Assembly (NCBI GenBank): GCA_964642045.1
Contig: CAZXLZ010000005.1
Coordinates: 5,441 to 36,993, forward strand
Length of the DNA stretch: 31,553 nucleotides
Source: an uncultured Clostridiaceae bacterium
Lineage (GTDB): Bacteria; Bacillota; Clostridia; TANB77; CAG-465
Reading direction: 5' to 3'
A program made the translations under genes and the position numbers. The notes under the pieces were generated by a model. The model did no database searches. It was given only the letters and a program-made list of their open reading frames with translations, and was not told where the DNA came from. Position 1 is the first letter of the stretch. Each line of letters starts with the position of its first letter. Positions 1-8,008 of this stretch are shown piece by piece.

Positions 1-927
1 CCTGCACCTGTTGACACAACAAGCACTTCTGAAGAAGAAGAGCCTGCACCTGTTGACACAGAAGAACCCACAGTTAAATACGATTTCATTGTAATCTCAG
101 CAACTCAGAATGGTACTGAGTACGAAATTGAATTCGAGTGCCAGGCTGATGTTAACTTTGAAGATGTTGAAATTTTTGGTGCAAAAATTGTTTCTGTTGA
201 AGGTAATATAGTAACAGTAAATCTTCCTGAAAACTCAGTTGGAGAATTTGGCCTCGCAGTTGAATCAGATTTGATTAATTATTACGAAGGCAGATTTTTC
301 TTCGATACTACAGTAGCTTCCGAAACTGAGGAAACTCAGCCCGAGGAAACTACTTCTGAAGCTGAGGCTCCCGTAGAGGAAACTCAGCCTGAAGAGGAAG
401 AAGAAAGCAACGAGGAAGAAGAGACCAACGAGGAAGAAGAGACCAACGAGGAAATTATTTTGGCAGCTGTAAATGTTATTTCTGCTAACCAGGTTGGTGG
501 AAAGTACATAGTTAGCTTCGAGTCTGAGGCAAACATCGTTGCTGAGAACATTGAAATCCTTGGAGCTACTTTGGTAAGCTTTGAGGATGGAGTTGCAGTA
601 ATTGAAATCCCTTCTAATTCTAAAGGAGCATTCGGAATCGTAGTAAGCGGAGATGGCATTGAATACAGTGAATTTTTATTTGAGTATGATACCATAATTA
701 ATGTTACTGTAGAATTCTTTGAGTACTTTGAAGGTTCTACTGTAAAGACCGCAGCCATTTATGTTACTTCCAATGGAGATTTTGACATAAATGAAATCAT
801 GGCATCCATAGTTTGTTACGATGAAAATGGCAATGAGGTAGAGGAATTTGAGGCTTTTGTTGCAGATAATGGCATGATTGTTGTTAACTGCGCACTTAAC
901 GTTACTCAAATCGTTGTAAACATCTAA
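1..927 (+). CDS. 3' part of a larger gene (5' truncated by the window edge). It encodes an acidic repeat protein, probably secreted or cell-surface. Three related ~70-aa beta-rich modules are separated by Pro/Glu/Thr-rich acidic linkers.
   Basis: Frame 1 is open from nt 1 to the stop at 925-927 with no in-frame stop upstream, so the ATG at 271 is internal. Module 1 (ISATQNGTEYEIEFECQADVNFEDVEIFGAKIVSVEGNIVTVNLPENSVGEFGLAVESD) and module 2 (ISANQVGGKYIVSFESEANIVAENIEILGATLVSFEDGVAVIEIPSNSKGAFGIVVSGDGIEY) are clearly related. Linkers are of the form EETQPEE / SNEEEETNEEEETNEE. No LPXTG or cell-wall-binding repeat lies in the visible part. Confidence 0.55.
   Translation, partial: PAPVDTTSTSEEEEPAPVDTEEPTVKYDFIVISATQNGTEYEIEFECQADVNFEDVEIFGAKIVSVEGNIVTVNLPENSVGEFGLAVESDLINYYEGRFFFDTTVASETEETQPEETTSEAEAPVEETQPEEEEESNEEEETNEEEETNEEIILAAVNVISANQVGGKYIVSFESEANIVAENIEILGATLVSFEDGVAVIEIPSNSKGAFGIVVSGDGIEYSEFLFEYDTIINVTVEFFEYFEGSTVKTAAIYVTSNGDFDINEIMASIVCYDENGNEVEEFEAFVADNGMIVVNCALNVTQIVVNI
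408..453 (+). repeat. Tandem 18-bp repeat (caacgaggaagaagagac, 2.5 copies) encoding the acidic linker NEEEETNEEEETNEE
   Basis: Two exact copies at 408-425 and 426-443, with a partial third copy at 444-453. Confidence 0.8.
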
Positions 928-1019
928 AAATAGCACAATTCCACGGAAAGTTTTAAACCCAAACAATTTGTTTCAGTATAAGCTGAAAACCCTTTTATAT
1001 TAAATTTGGTCCTTTTTTG

Positions 1020-1250
1020 ATAGATACTTGCCCGATCAGCAAGAATCTTGTACGCCTTAAACCTTTTGACATTAATTGTTCGCTTGCCTAGTCAGCAGTG
1101 AAATAATTAACATCTATCCGTGCAGTAGTGTTCGAATGGATGAAAAACTTAAAAACTTTCGAAAGTACAGCTTGCTAAACAGGCGCGCGTTTGGCTGGCT
1201 TGATATAAAAGATCACCTAACTTTAGGTGGTCTTTTTATTTTTTTTGTTT
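1020..1250 (+). ncRNA. Candidate structured non-coding RNA or cis-regulatory leader (unknown class) upstream of comEC, ending in an intrinsic terminator
   Basis: Locally GC-rich non-coding stretch in a very AT-rich genome, with runs such as caggcgcgcgtttggctggc. It contains short hairpins (CTTGC-ccgatca-GCAAG at 1027-1043 and a CTTGC-ctagtca-GCAG variant at 1083-1096). A perfect 12-bp palindrome ACTTTCGAAAGT sits at 1158-1169. A -35-like TTGACA lies at 1066-1071. The element ends in a canonical terminator hairpin plus T-run. The only ORF (1076-1258, 60 aa) has no RBS and runs through the terminator. Confidence 0.25.
1209..1248 (+). terminator. Rho-independent terminator
   Basis: Stem gatcacctaa / ttaggtggtc (10 bp, one G-U pair) followed by tttttattttttttg. 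Confidence 0.65.
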
Positions 1251-1282
1251 ACTTTTAGAAAATAAAGTAGTATAATCATCTT

Positions 1283-3469
1283 ATGAAATTTTTTAAATCG
1301 AAGAAGTTTTTTATTCTTTTTATTTTATCATCTATTTTATTAATTCAAATTATTCGATCTATATATGTTTTTAATTTTAAATATACCTTTAATAACACTA
1401 AATATATTGAGGCTAAAATAGATAAACTATATTCTAAAACAGAAAGTTATATATCATATATTGGAAAAATAAAATACTCAGGGAAATATGTAGATAAGTT
1501 TATTATATATATAAAAGAAATGGATGAAGTAAACGCTTTGTCTAAAGGCGATATTATATCTTTTTATTCAAAATTAAGTGAAAGCAGTTATTATAACAAT
1601 TATAATGAGTTTAATTACAAGCTTTATCTAAATGGTAATAATATAGTAGGAAACATATTCGTAGATAATTATAGTATAATACATGATGAAATAACAAAAG
1701 AAGGTTATAAGGATAAGTTTATAAATCATTTAGAAGCAGTATTTGATGAAGATATATCAAATGTTATAAAAGCTGTAATTTTAGGAGAAAAGAAAGGTCT
1801 TAAGGGTGATGTATCAGAAGATTTTAATATGTCTGGCATATCTCATGTGCTTACAGTATCAGGAACTGCTATATATGTTCTTAAAAGATTTTTATCTAAA
1901 GTACTTAAAAAATTCAAGCTAAAGAATACTGCTAGTTTTGTATTTATCTCATTATATTCTTTTTTCTGTAACTTTTCTATTTCTATAGCAAGAGCATATA
2001 TAGCTTATATTCTAAATTTATTCTCAAAGAATTTAAAATTAAATTTTACATGGCAAGAAATAATTATAATATGTTTTATTTTAATCCTTATAATAAACCC
2101 ATACTATATTTTTAATTATTCACTTTGGTATAGCTTTCTTGCAGCTTTAGGTATAAAGATGATATATCCTTCTTTAAATAGTCTTTTATATAACTATCTT
2201 TTAAAAATGTTTAAGGAAGTAAATGAAAGAAATGTTAAAAACAAATTATTATTTAAAACTTTAAAATATATAATATCAGTATTTTCATTAACAATATCAG
2301 TTCAAATAATGTTATTTCCTATATATATATTTTCATCAAATAAATTTTATATTATATCACTCATATCTAACCTGGTTGTAGGTATATTAGTTATTATTAT
2401 ATACATTATAGGGTTTATTTATATTTCCGTATTTTATATACCAATCATATCAAATATATTTGATTTTTTTATGCTAAATCTTGTTAAGTTTTTAATATTT
2501 CTAACTAATGTATTTTCTAAGTTTAATGGGTTTAATATATCTTTTAATAAATTAGGTATATCAGCAGTTATTGCCATGTATATACTAATTATATTACATA
2601 GGTATGGGTATATATTTTTTATGAATATAAAATACAGATTTTCAAAAAGGAAGGCAAAGCTCATAAAATTTGTAATATATTTAGTGTTAATATTAATTAT
2701 TATTATAAATTTTGTATTTTCTAACTTTGTAAATTTTGTGTACTATTTTAATGTGGGGCAGGGAAATATGGCTATTATTAAATATGGTAATTTAGTTATT
2801 ATATCTGATATTGGTAGTTCTTCAGCGAAGGTAAAACCTATACTTGTAAATTTCTTAAAAGCATATAATATAACCAATATAGATTATATTTTCATAAGTC
2901 ATATTCATGAAGATCATATAAATGGTCTATATGATTTAGAATATGAAATTTTAAGTGGAAATATTAATATACAAAATGTGGTTATAGCATATAAAGATGA
3001 AAAATTAAAAGAATTTTTAAATAGGCTAAATATAAATGTAATAGAGGTAAGTCAAGGGGATGAGCTATACTTAAATAAAAATGTTAGAGCATATATTATG
3101 AGTCCTAATATAGAAAAATATATAAAATCATCTGATGGAAAAAATTCAAATAGTTTAGTATATGCACTTAAGTTAAAAAATAAAAATATACTTTTTACAG
3201 GAGATGCAACAAAAGAAACAGAAAAAGAAATATTAAAATCAGATTTTGTGCTTTCATATTTTGATGTATTTCAAGTAGCACATCATGGATCAAATACGTC
3301 TACAAGTGGAGAATTTTTAAATAGATTTTCTTTTAAATATGCTGTTATTAGCAGTAAAAAAAGTGTATATGGTCATCCATCAGATGAAACTATTAATTTA
3401 CTTAATAAGTATAAAATAAGGCATTATATACTAGAAAATATTGGTGGGAAGAGGATGTACATATATTAA
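1283..3469 (+). CDS. comEC: DNA internalization competence protein ComEC/Rec2 (polytopic membrane competence domain plus C-terminal metallo-beta-lactamase domain)
   Basis: 728 aa. The N-terminus is a hydrophobic anchor and the central region is very hydrophobic and polytopic. The C-terminal domain carries the MBL signature HxHxDH (ISHIHEDHINGL) and a later HH pair (VAHHGS). Length and architecture are typical of ComEC. Confidence 0.85.
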   Translation: MKFFKSKKFFILFILSSILLIQIIRSIYVFNFKYTFNNTKYIEAKIDKLYSKTESYISYIGKIKYSGKYVDKFIIYIKEMDEVNALSKGDIISFYSKLSESSYYNNYNEFNYKLYLNGNNIVGNIFVDNYSIIHDEITKEGYKDKFINHLEAVFDEDISNVIKAVILGEKKGLKGDVSEDFNMSGISHVLTVSGTAIYVLKRFLSKVLKKFKLKNTASFVFISLYSFFCNFSISIARAYIAYILNLFSKNLKLNFTWQEIIIICFILILIINPYYIFNYSLWYSFLAALGIKMIYPSLNSLLYNYLLKMFKEVNERNVKNKLLFKTLKYIISVFSLTISVQIMLFPIYIFSSNKFYIISLISNLVVGILVIIIYIIGFIYISVFYIPIISNIFDFFMLNLVKFLIFLTNVFSKFNGFNISFNKLGISAVIAMYILIILHRYGYIFFMNIKYRFSKRKAKLIKFVIYLVLILIIIINFVFSNFVNFVYYFNVGQGNMAIIKYGNLVIISDIGSSSAKVKPILVNFLKAYNITNIDYIFISHIHEDHINGLYDLEYEILSGNINIQNVVIAYKDEKLKEFLNRLNINVIEVSQGDELYLNKNVRAYIMSPNIEKYIKSSDGKNSNSLVYALKLKNKNILFTGDATKETEKEILKSDFVLSYFDVFQVAHHGSNTSTSGEFLNRFSFKYAVISSKKSVYGHPSDETINLLNKYKIRHYILENIGGKRMYIY

Positions 3470-3574
3470 AGACCATATACTATTAAAATTTTAGTAAATT
3501 ATATAAAAAACTTGCTTAATTAAAAAAAACAATGTATAATAGTAGCGAAGAATTCTAGAAGGAGGAAAAGGTAT

Positions 3575-5011
3575 ATGGCAGATTCTGACATAGTACTTAG
3601 TAGCAAGAAAAAAGTTAATATATTTGACAGGGTAATACAAAGCGTTATTATCATGGTAAATATGAAAAAAATGAATAAAGCAATAGATGAACATTTAAAT
3701 ACAATACATAAGCTAGAAAATGATGAACAAAAAGAATATCATCAAAATATACTAAGAGAAGTTGTATTTGTTAAATATCAGTATGACATAGTGCAAAGAC
3801 AGATGTATGAACTTAAATTAAATTACGCAGATGAGGTAATAGATATGATAAATTCTACCGATAAAATAGAAAGATTTAAACTTCAAAAATTATTTTTAGA
3901 GTTAGAGTATGAGAGGGTAACTAAATCTAAATTTAGGACTAAAGATGATATAAAGTATCATTTACTTATATTATCAGCTGTTATCGAAGAAGTTAAGCAA
4001 AATATAAAAGATGAAGGTAAAAATCAAAGATATAATGAACTTGTAAGAGTTGCAACCGATATAGATACGAAAATACAAACTGAAGAATATAAAGAAGAAG
4101 ATTATAAGGAAATGTTTGCTATAATAGATGAATACGTAAGTTATATTAATGACAATTATGATATAGCAAGACTTCCAAGTGATGAAAGAGAGCTTATTGA
4201 GTTTGTTATTGAAACAATGATAACAGGAGTTCAATCAGATATTGATAGACATACATATGAATATAAACTATTAATAAATATATGTAAAAATTCATATAGA
4301 TATTTCAAGATATTGGACAAGGTGTTTGAAAAGATAATAAACATATATAATGAAAGTCTACTTTCAAATATAATGTCAGTTAGCGATTATATAAAAGCAT
4401 ATAAAGAAATATATGATATGAAAATAAAGACAATGGTAAATGATGTTCATAGAAATATTAAGGTAGAAGATGAGTATTTAGAGTATTCAAAACTTTTAGC
4501 TAATTCTATGGATGAAGAGTTAGAAATATTCTTATTAAAAAATGCAGCATCTTTAGATTATCAACCTGTTGATGTAAAAGAAATGTTATTAAATAAATGT
4601 GATGAAAATATAGGTGAAACTGAAGATAGTCAGGATGAAACATCTTCTTTAGATAATGATGTAGAAAGTAGTGAAGAATCTATATCTGAAGATAATACAT
4701 TAGAAAATAATGTAAATGATGTTGTAAAAGATGATGAGGCAATTAATAAGTTAGTTGATATGAAACTTTCTTCTATTCTTGGAGAGGATATAAAAAACTC
4801 TGATATTTCAGAAAGTAAAAATATAGAAAGTAGTGCTTCTGATGATGATGGAGAGATTGTTACTTTAGATAAAATTGTTAGAAATTTTAAAAAGGATAAC
4901 TCTAAAGCTACAGCAGAATTAAATAAAGATTCAAAAGTGGAAAAGAAAAATGAAACAAATTCTGCATCTACTAGGAGAAGATCAAAAATCTTAACATCAT
5001 CTGAGGATTAG
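3575..5011 (+). CDS. Hypothetical soluble, highly acidic protein (478 aa) with a helical N-terminal two-thirds and a low-complexity Asp/Glu/Ser-rich C-terminal tail. No recognisable domain.
   Basis: A strong RBS aggaggaaaagg lies 6 nt before the ATG at 3575. Coding periodicity is uninterrupted. The C-terminus (ETEDSQDETSSLDNDVESSEESISEDNT...) is disorder-like. A palindromic terminator follows. Confidence 0.7.
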   Translation: MADSDIVLSSKKKVNIFDRVIQSVIIMVNMKKMNKAIDEHLNTIHKLENDEQKEYHQNILREVVFVKYQYDIVQRQMYELKLNYADEVIDMINSTDKIERFKLQKLFLELEYERVTKSKFRTKDDIKYHLLILSAVIEEVKQNIKDEGKNQRYNELVRVATDIDTKIQTEEYKEEDYKEMFAIIDEYVSYINDNYDIARLPSDERELIEFVIETMITGVQSDIDRHTYEYKLLINICKNSYRYFKILDKVFEKIINIYNESLLSNIMSVSDYIKAYKEIYDMKIKTMVNDVHRNIKVEDEYLEYSKLLANSMDEELEIFLLKNAASLDYQPVDVKEMLLNKCDENIGETEDSQDETSSLDNDVESSEESISEDNTLENNVNDVVKDDEAINKLVDMKLSSILGEDIKNSDISESKNIESSASDDDGEIVTLDKIVRNFKKDNSKATAELNKDSKVEKKNETNSASTRRRSKILTSSED

Positions 5012-5020
5012 ATATAGTTA

Positions 5021-5060
5021 TAAATAGCACAAAAAAATATTATTTTTTGTGCTATTTATA
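5021..5060 (+). terminator. Perfect inverted-repeat intrinsic terminator (aaatagcacaaaaaaa - loop - ttttttgtgctattt). It is flanked by A/T runs on both sides, so it could work in either direction.
   Basis: ~15-bp perfect stem seen directly in the sequence, immediately after the stop at 5011. Confidence 0.7.
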
Positions 5061-5159
5061 TTTAGAATAATATGTATATCTTGATTTAAAATATGACAAA
5101 TATTTTAAGTTTTACATAGTATAATACGTAGTATAAAAATAATAAAAGAGGTGTTAAAT

Positions 5160-7532
5160 ATGATATACAATGAAGTCTCCCAAGATGATATAATTATAGA
5201 TGGTGGTGCTAATGCTACTGAAAAAAAAGAAATTAAGAGAAAAAATATATATAAATTTATAATAGTATTTTTTATAACTGCAATTTTATCTACTATAACT
5301 CTATCTACTAATATTTATCCAATTGGTTATGTGATGCTTGGAGTAGCTAGTGCTTTTAATGTACCCCTTCTAGTTATAGCAGCTATTTCAGTTTTATTCA
5401 TGGCTATTTTTAAAGTTGGAATGGAAGTTATAATACCCTATGTATGTTTTTTTGTAATTTTTACTTTAGTGGCTGCAATATTAAACATAAGAGGTCTTAC
5501 TAAAAAATATGCTATACTTATGAAAATGATGATATCACTTGCTTTAGTTGAACTTGTACAAGCTTTATTTTTGTCGCATAGTTTTTTTGAACTGCTAGTT
5601 TATGTTTTTTCAGTATCTACTATATATCTTGTATTTGTGCATGGAATTAGTGTTATTATAAATATAAGGAAAGGTTATGTTTTTACAGAAGAAGAGAGAA
5701 TATCAGCTCTTTGCATACTTGCTTTTATTCTTTCAATATTTAGCGATATAAATATACTAGGAGTGTATCTAACAAATATAGTTGCAATAATGACAGTTCT
5801 TATTTATGGCTATAGACATGGGGCTGTTGCTGGATGTGTATCAGGTTTTATTATTGGAATTATAATATGTATTACATCTAATATAAATATAGCATTTCTT
5901 GCAACACTAGGTGCAGGTGGTCTTATTTCAGGAATTATGAATAAGATTGGCAAGGCTGCAACTGTTATAGGTTTTATAATAGGGAGTGCTTTAGTTAGCT
6001 ATCTTTCATCAAATTTTGCATATTATACTACTAATATAATTGAGATTGTTATTGCAGCTATACCAGTTCTTACTATACCTAAAAAAGCTATAAAAAAAGT
6101 AGAACAGTTTTTTAATATAAACAGAAGCTTAGATATGCCGTATAGTAATCTTTTAGAGCCATCTAAAGAAGCAAAAGAAAAGCTTAATGCTATATCTAAT
6201 GCTATAAATGATATTGCAAGTTATGATATTTCTTATACAAAAGAAGATAAGATAGAATTTAGAGATGTCTTAAAAAAATATATAAATGATTATTTAGAAA
6301 ATGTAGAGTCAAAAGTAAATAATAGAGAAGGTCTAGATTTAGAGGAAGAAAAACTAGATATTTGTATAGATTACATATCTACTAAGCTTGAATCTGGTGA
6401 TGAAATTTCGGAAGATATGATAATGTTTGATTGTGAAAATAAGAAAGAAATGATATCTAATCTTAAAGATATATATAACAGCGTGAAGATAATGAGAATA
6501 CTAAAAAGAAAAGAGATGGAGATACATGAAAAATGTACTAGCGAGTACAAGGAAATATCAAATATGATATCAGGAGTTGCAAACAACATATCTAGAAAAA
6601 TGCCTGTAGTTAATTCTAAGAATATAAAAAGCATAAGAGAAGAACTTAAAATGCTTGGCTATCCTATTTATGAGGACGAGCTAGTTATAGAAAATGATTA
6701 CGTTGAATATACTTTTATAACGGATATTTTAGCTGATATTGATGTGCAAAAGGCTGAGATTGTTAAAGCTGTATCAGGTGCTCTGGATAAAAGTATGACA
6801 GTAAGGCTTCTACTTAATATTAGCAAAACCGAAAAATCAAAGATTAAACTTGCTTCTATTACGCATTATATTGTAGAAACATCTGCAGTTCAAAAGACTA
6901 AAGATAATTCAGAAATAAATGGTGATTCACACCTTTGCATGAATTTTGGCATAGGAAAATATATTTCTGTTATAAGTGATGGTGCAGGTAGTGGTGAAAG
7001 TGCAAATGAGAGTAGCAAGGTAGTTATAAATACACTTGAAAAACTAATAAAAGCTGGATTTGATGAAAGTAAGGCTTCTGAGATAGTAAATAATATTATA
7101 AAATTAAGGCAAGATGAAAATCAGTTTGCGTCACTTGATATAGCTATTTTTGATTTAGAAACTGCAGATTCAAGCTTTATAAAGTTTGGTGCTGCCCCAA
7201 CTTATATACTAAGCGACTCAAAAGTAACATCTATAAATTCAATGAATATACCAGTTGGAATTATAAACGAGGCAGAATATGTTCCAATAGTAAAGAAACT
7301 AAATAATAATGATATTGTGCTTCAAATTTCAGATGGAGCTCTACTTAAAGAAAATAATATTCATGAAAACTGTCTTACATCTATACTTAGCAAAGTAAAT
7401 ATAAGTTTAAGTCCTAAATCTATAGCAAGTAATATTTTAAACGAATTAATCAAGAAGTCAGAAAAAGGCATAGAAGATGATATAACAATAGTGGTAAATA
7501 AAGTTATGGCAAGTAAATCAAAAGTGCTTTAA
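5160..7532 (+). CDS. spoIIE: Stage II sporulation protein E, a PP2C-type serine phosphatase that activates sigma-F (~10 N-terminal TM helices, central domain, C-terminal PP2C)
   Basis: ~790 aa. The first ~330 aa are polytopic. The C-terminal domain has the PP2C/SpoIIE hallmarks ISVISDGAGSGESANESS and a terminal DDITIVVNKV (cf. DDMTVVV in Bacillus SpoIIE). The ATG at 5160 has RBS aaagaggtg 6 nt upstream. The GTG at 5151 used by the ORF track overlaps the RBS and was rejected. Confidence 0.9.
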   Translation: MIYNEVSQDDIIIDGGANATEKKEIKRKNIYKFIIVFFITAILSTITLSTNIYPIGYVMLGVASAFNVPLLVIAAISVLFMAIFKVGMEVIIPYVCFFVIFTLVAAILNIRGLTKKYAILMKMMISLALVELVQALFLSHSFFELLVYVFSVSTIYLVFVHGISVIINIRKGYVFTEEERISALCILAFILSIFSDINILGVYLTNIVAIMTVLIYGYRHGAVAGCVSGFIIGIIICITSNINIAFLATLGAGGLISGIMNKIGKAATVIGFIIGSALVSYLSSNFAYYTTNIIEIVIAAIPVLTIPKKAIKKVEQFFNINRSLDMPYSNLLEPSKEAKEKLNAISNAINDIASYDISYTKEDKIEFRDVLKKYINDYLENVESKVNNREGLDLEEEKLDICIDYISTKLESGDEISEDMIMFDCENKKEMISNLKDIYNSVKIMRILKRKEMEIHEKCTSEYKEISNMISGVANNISRKMPVVNSKNIKSIREELKMLGYPIYEDELVIENDYVEYTFITDILADIDVQKAEIVKAVSGALDKSMTVRLLLNISKTEKSKIKLASITHYIVETSAVQKTKDNSEINGDSHLCMNFGIGKYISVISDGAGSGESANESSKVVINTLEKLIKAGFDESKASEIVNNIIKLRQDENQFASLDIAIFDLETADSSFIKFGAAPTYILSDSKVTSINSMNIPVGIINEAEYVPIVKKLNNNDIVLQISDGALLKENNIHENCLTSILSKVNISLSPKSIASNILNELIKKSEKGIEDDITIVVNKVMASKSKVL

Positions 7533-7837
7533 ACAGTAATTAAGAACGTTTTAAATATAAAATAGATTGTTATTAAATTAAGTATAAATATAACAGGCAT
7601 ACCTACGACAAATGAGGTATGCTTTGTTTTATGTCTAAAAGTGTACATACCAATAATTGAACCAGTAGAACCAAGAAAAAGTGCAAACATAAATAGAGAT
7701 TTTTCTCTAATTCTCCATTTATGTTTTATACTTAACATCTTGTCTATATACATACTAAGAAATGCAGAGATGTTTATTATACCTAAATAAATTAAAAAAT
7801 ATTTTAAATAAACAAAGTTTATATTCAAAATAACCAC
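7529..7837 (-). CDS. DUF1294 family small membrane protein
   Basis: A TM helix is followed by IDKMLSIKHKWRIRE and later FRHKTKH. This matches the DUF1294 signature (DK..A..G.WRIPE ... RHKT.K). The start is uncertain. The ORF-track GTG at 7837 sits only ~8 nt after a TGgTATAAT -10-like element. A TTG three codons downstream with an AGGTGG RBS is an alternative. Confidence 0.65.
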   Translation of the reverse strand: MVILNINFVYLKYFLIYLGIINISAFLSMYIDKMLSIKHKWRIREKSLFMFALFLGSTGSIIGMYTFRHKTKHTSFVVGMPVIFILNLITIYFIFKTFLITV

Positions 7838-7947
7838 CTATAGCTATTATACCACAAAATTTATTTTAGAATATACTAATTAAATATTTAATATTATAAA
7901 TTTTTACTTTTGGTAAAATATATAAATAAGAAATTATATATAAAATA

Positions 7948-7977
7948 TTTACTTTGTTTTGATAGCTGTGATATAAT
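7948..7977 (+). promoter_or_regulatory. Putative sigma-A promoter for the 8009 gene: TTTACT-N18-TGaTATAAT (extended -10)
   Basis: -35 at 7948-7953, TG at 7969-7970 and -10 at 7972-7977, ~30 nt upstream of RBS ggtggtgag and the ATG at 8009. Confidence 0.35.
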
Positions 7978-8008
7978 CTAAATCAAAAAAGGTGGTGAGT
8001 TAAAGAGT

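Noticed and set aside
384-966. Minus-strand ORFs 384..758 (124 aa) and 676..966 (96 aa) overlapping the first gene
   Set aside because: They are antisense to a strongly coding acidic-repeat region. The products are Ser-rich low-complexity sequences. They have no RBS. The plus-strand frame is clearly the real one and is open from nt 1.
1125-1145. tRNA/tmRNA-like T-loop-resembling sequence GTGTTCGAATGG
   Set aside because: There is no complementary T-stem flanking it. No acceptor or anticodon arms can be built. No CCA-proximal structure exists. It is not a tRNA or tmRNA.
1076-1258. 60-aa ORF inside the GC-rich element upstream of comEC
   Set aside because: It has no ribosome-binding site. It reads straight through an intrinsic terminator hairpin and T-run, and its composition is unlike neighbouring genes. 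The region is more plausibly RNA structure.
5151-5159. GTG start for spoIIE at 5151
   Set aside because: The GTG overlaps the AAAGAGGTG ribosome-binding site itself. The ATG at 5160, 6 nt downstream of the RBS, is the consistent start.
5100-5159. Spo0A-box-like TGACAAA and TTTACA/TAAAA elements upstream of spoIIE
   Set aside because: They match the Spo0A box (TGTCGAA) at only 5/7, and the promoter spacing is ambiguous. It is reasonable that spoIIE is Spo0A-regulated, but the sequence alone does not support a specific site call.
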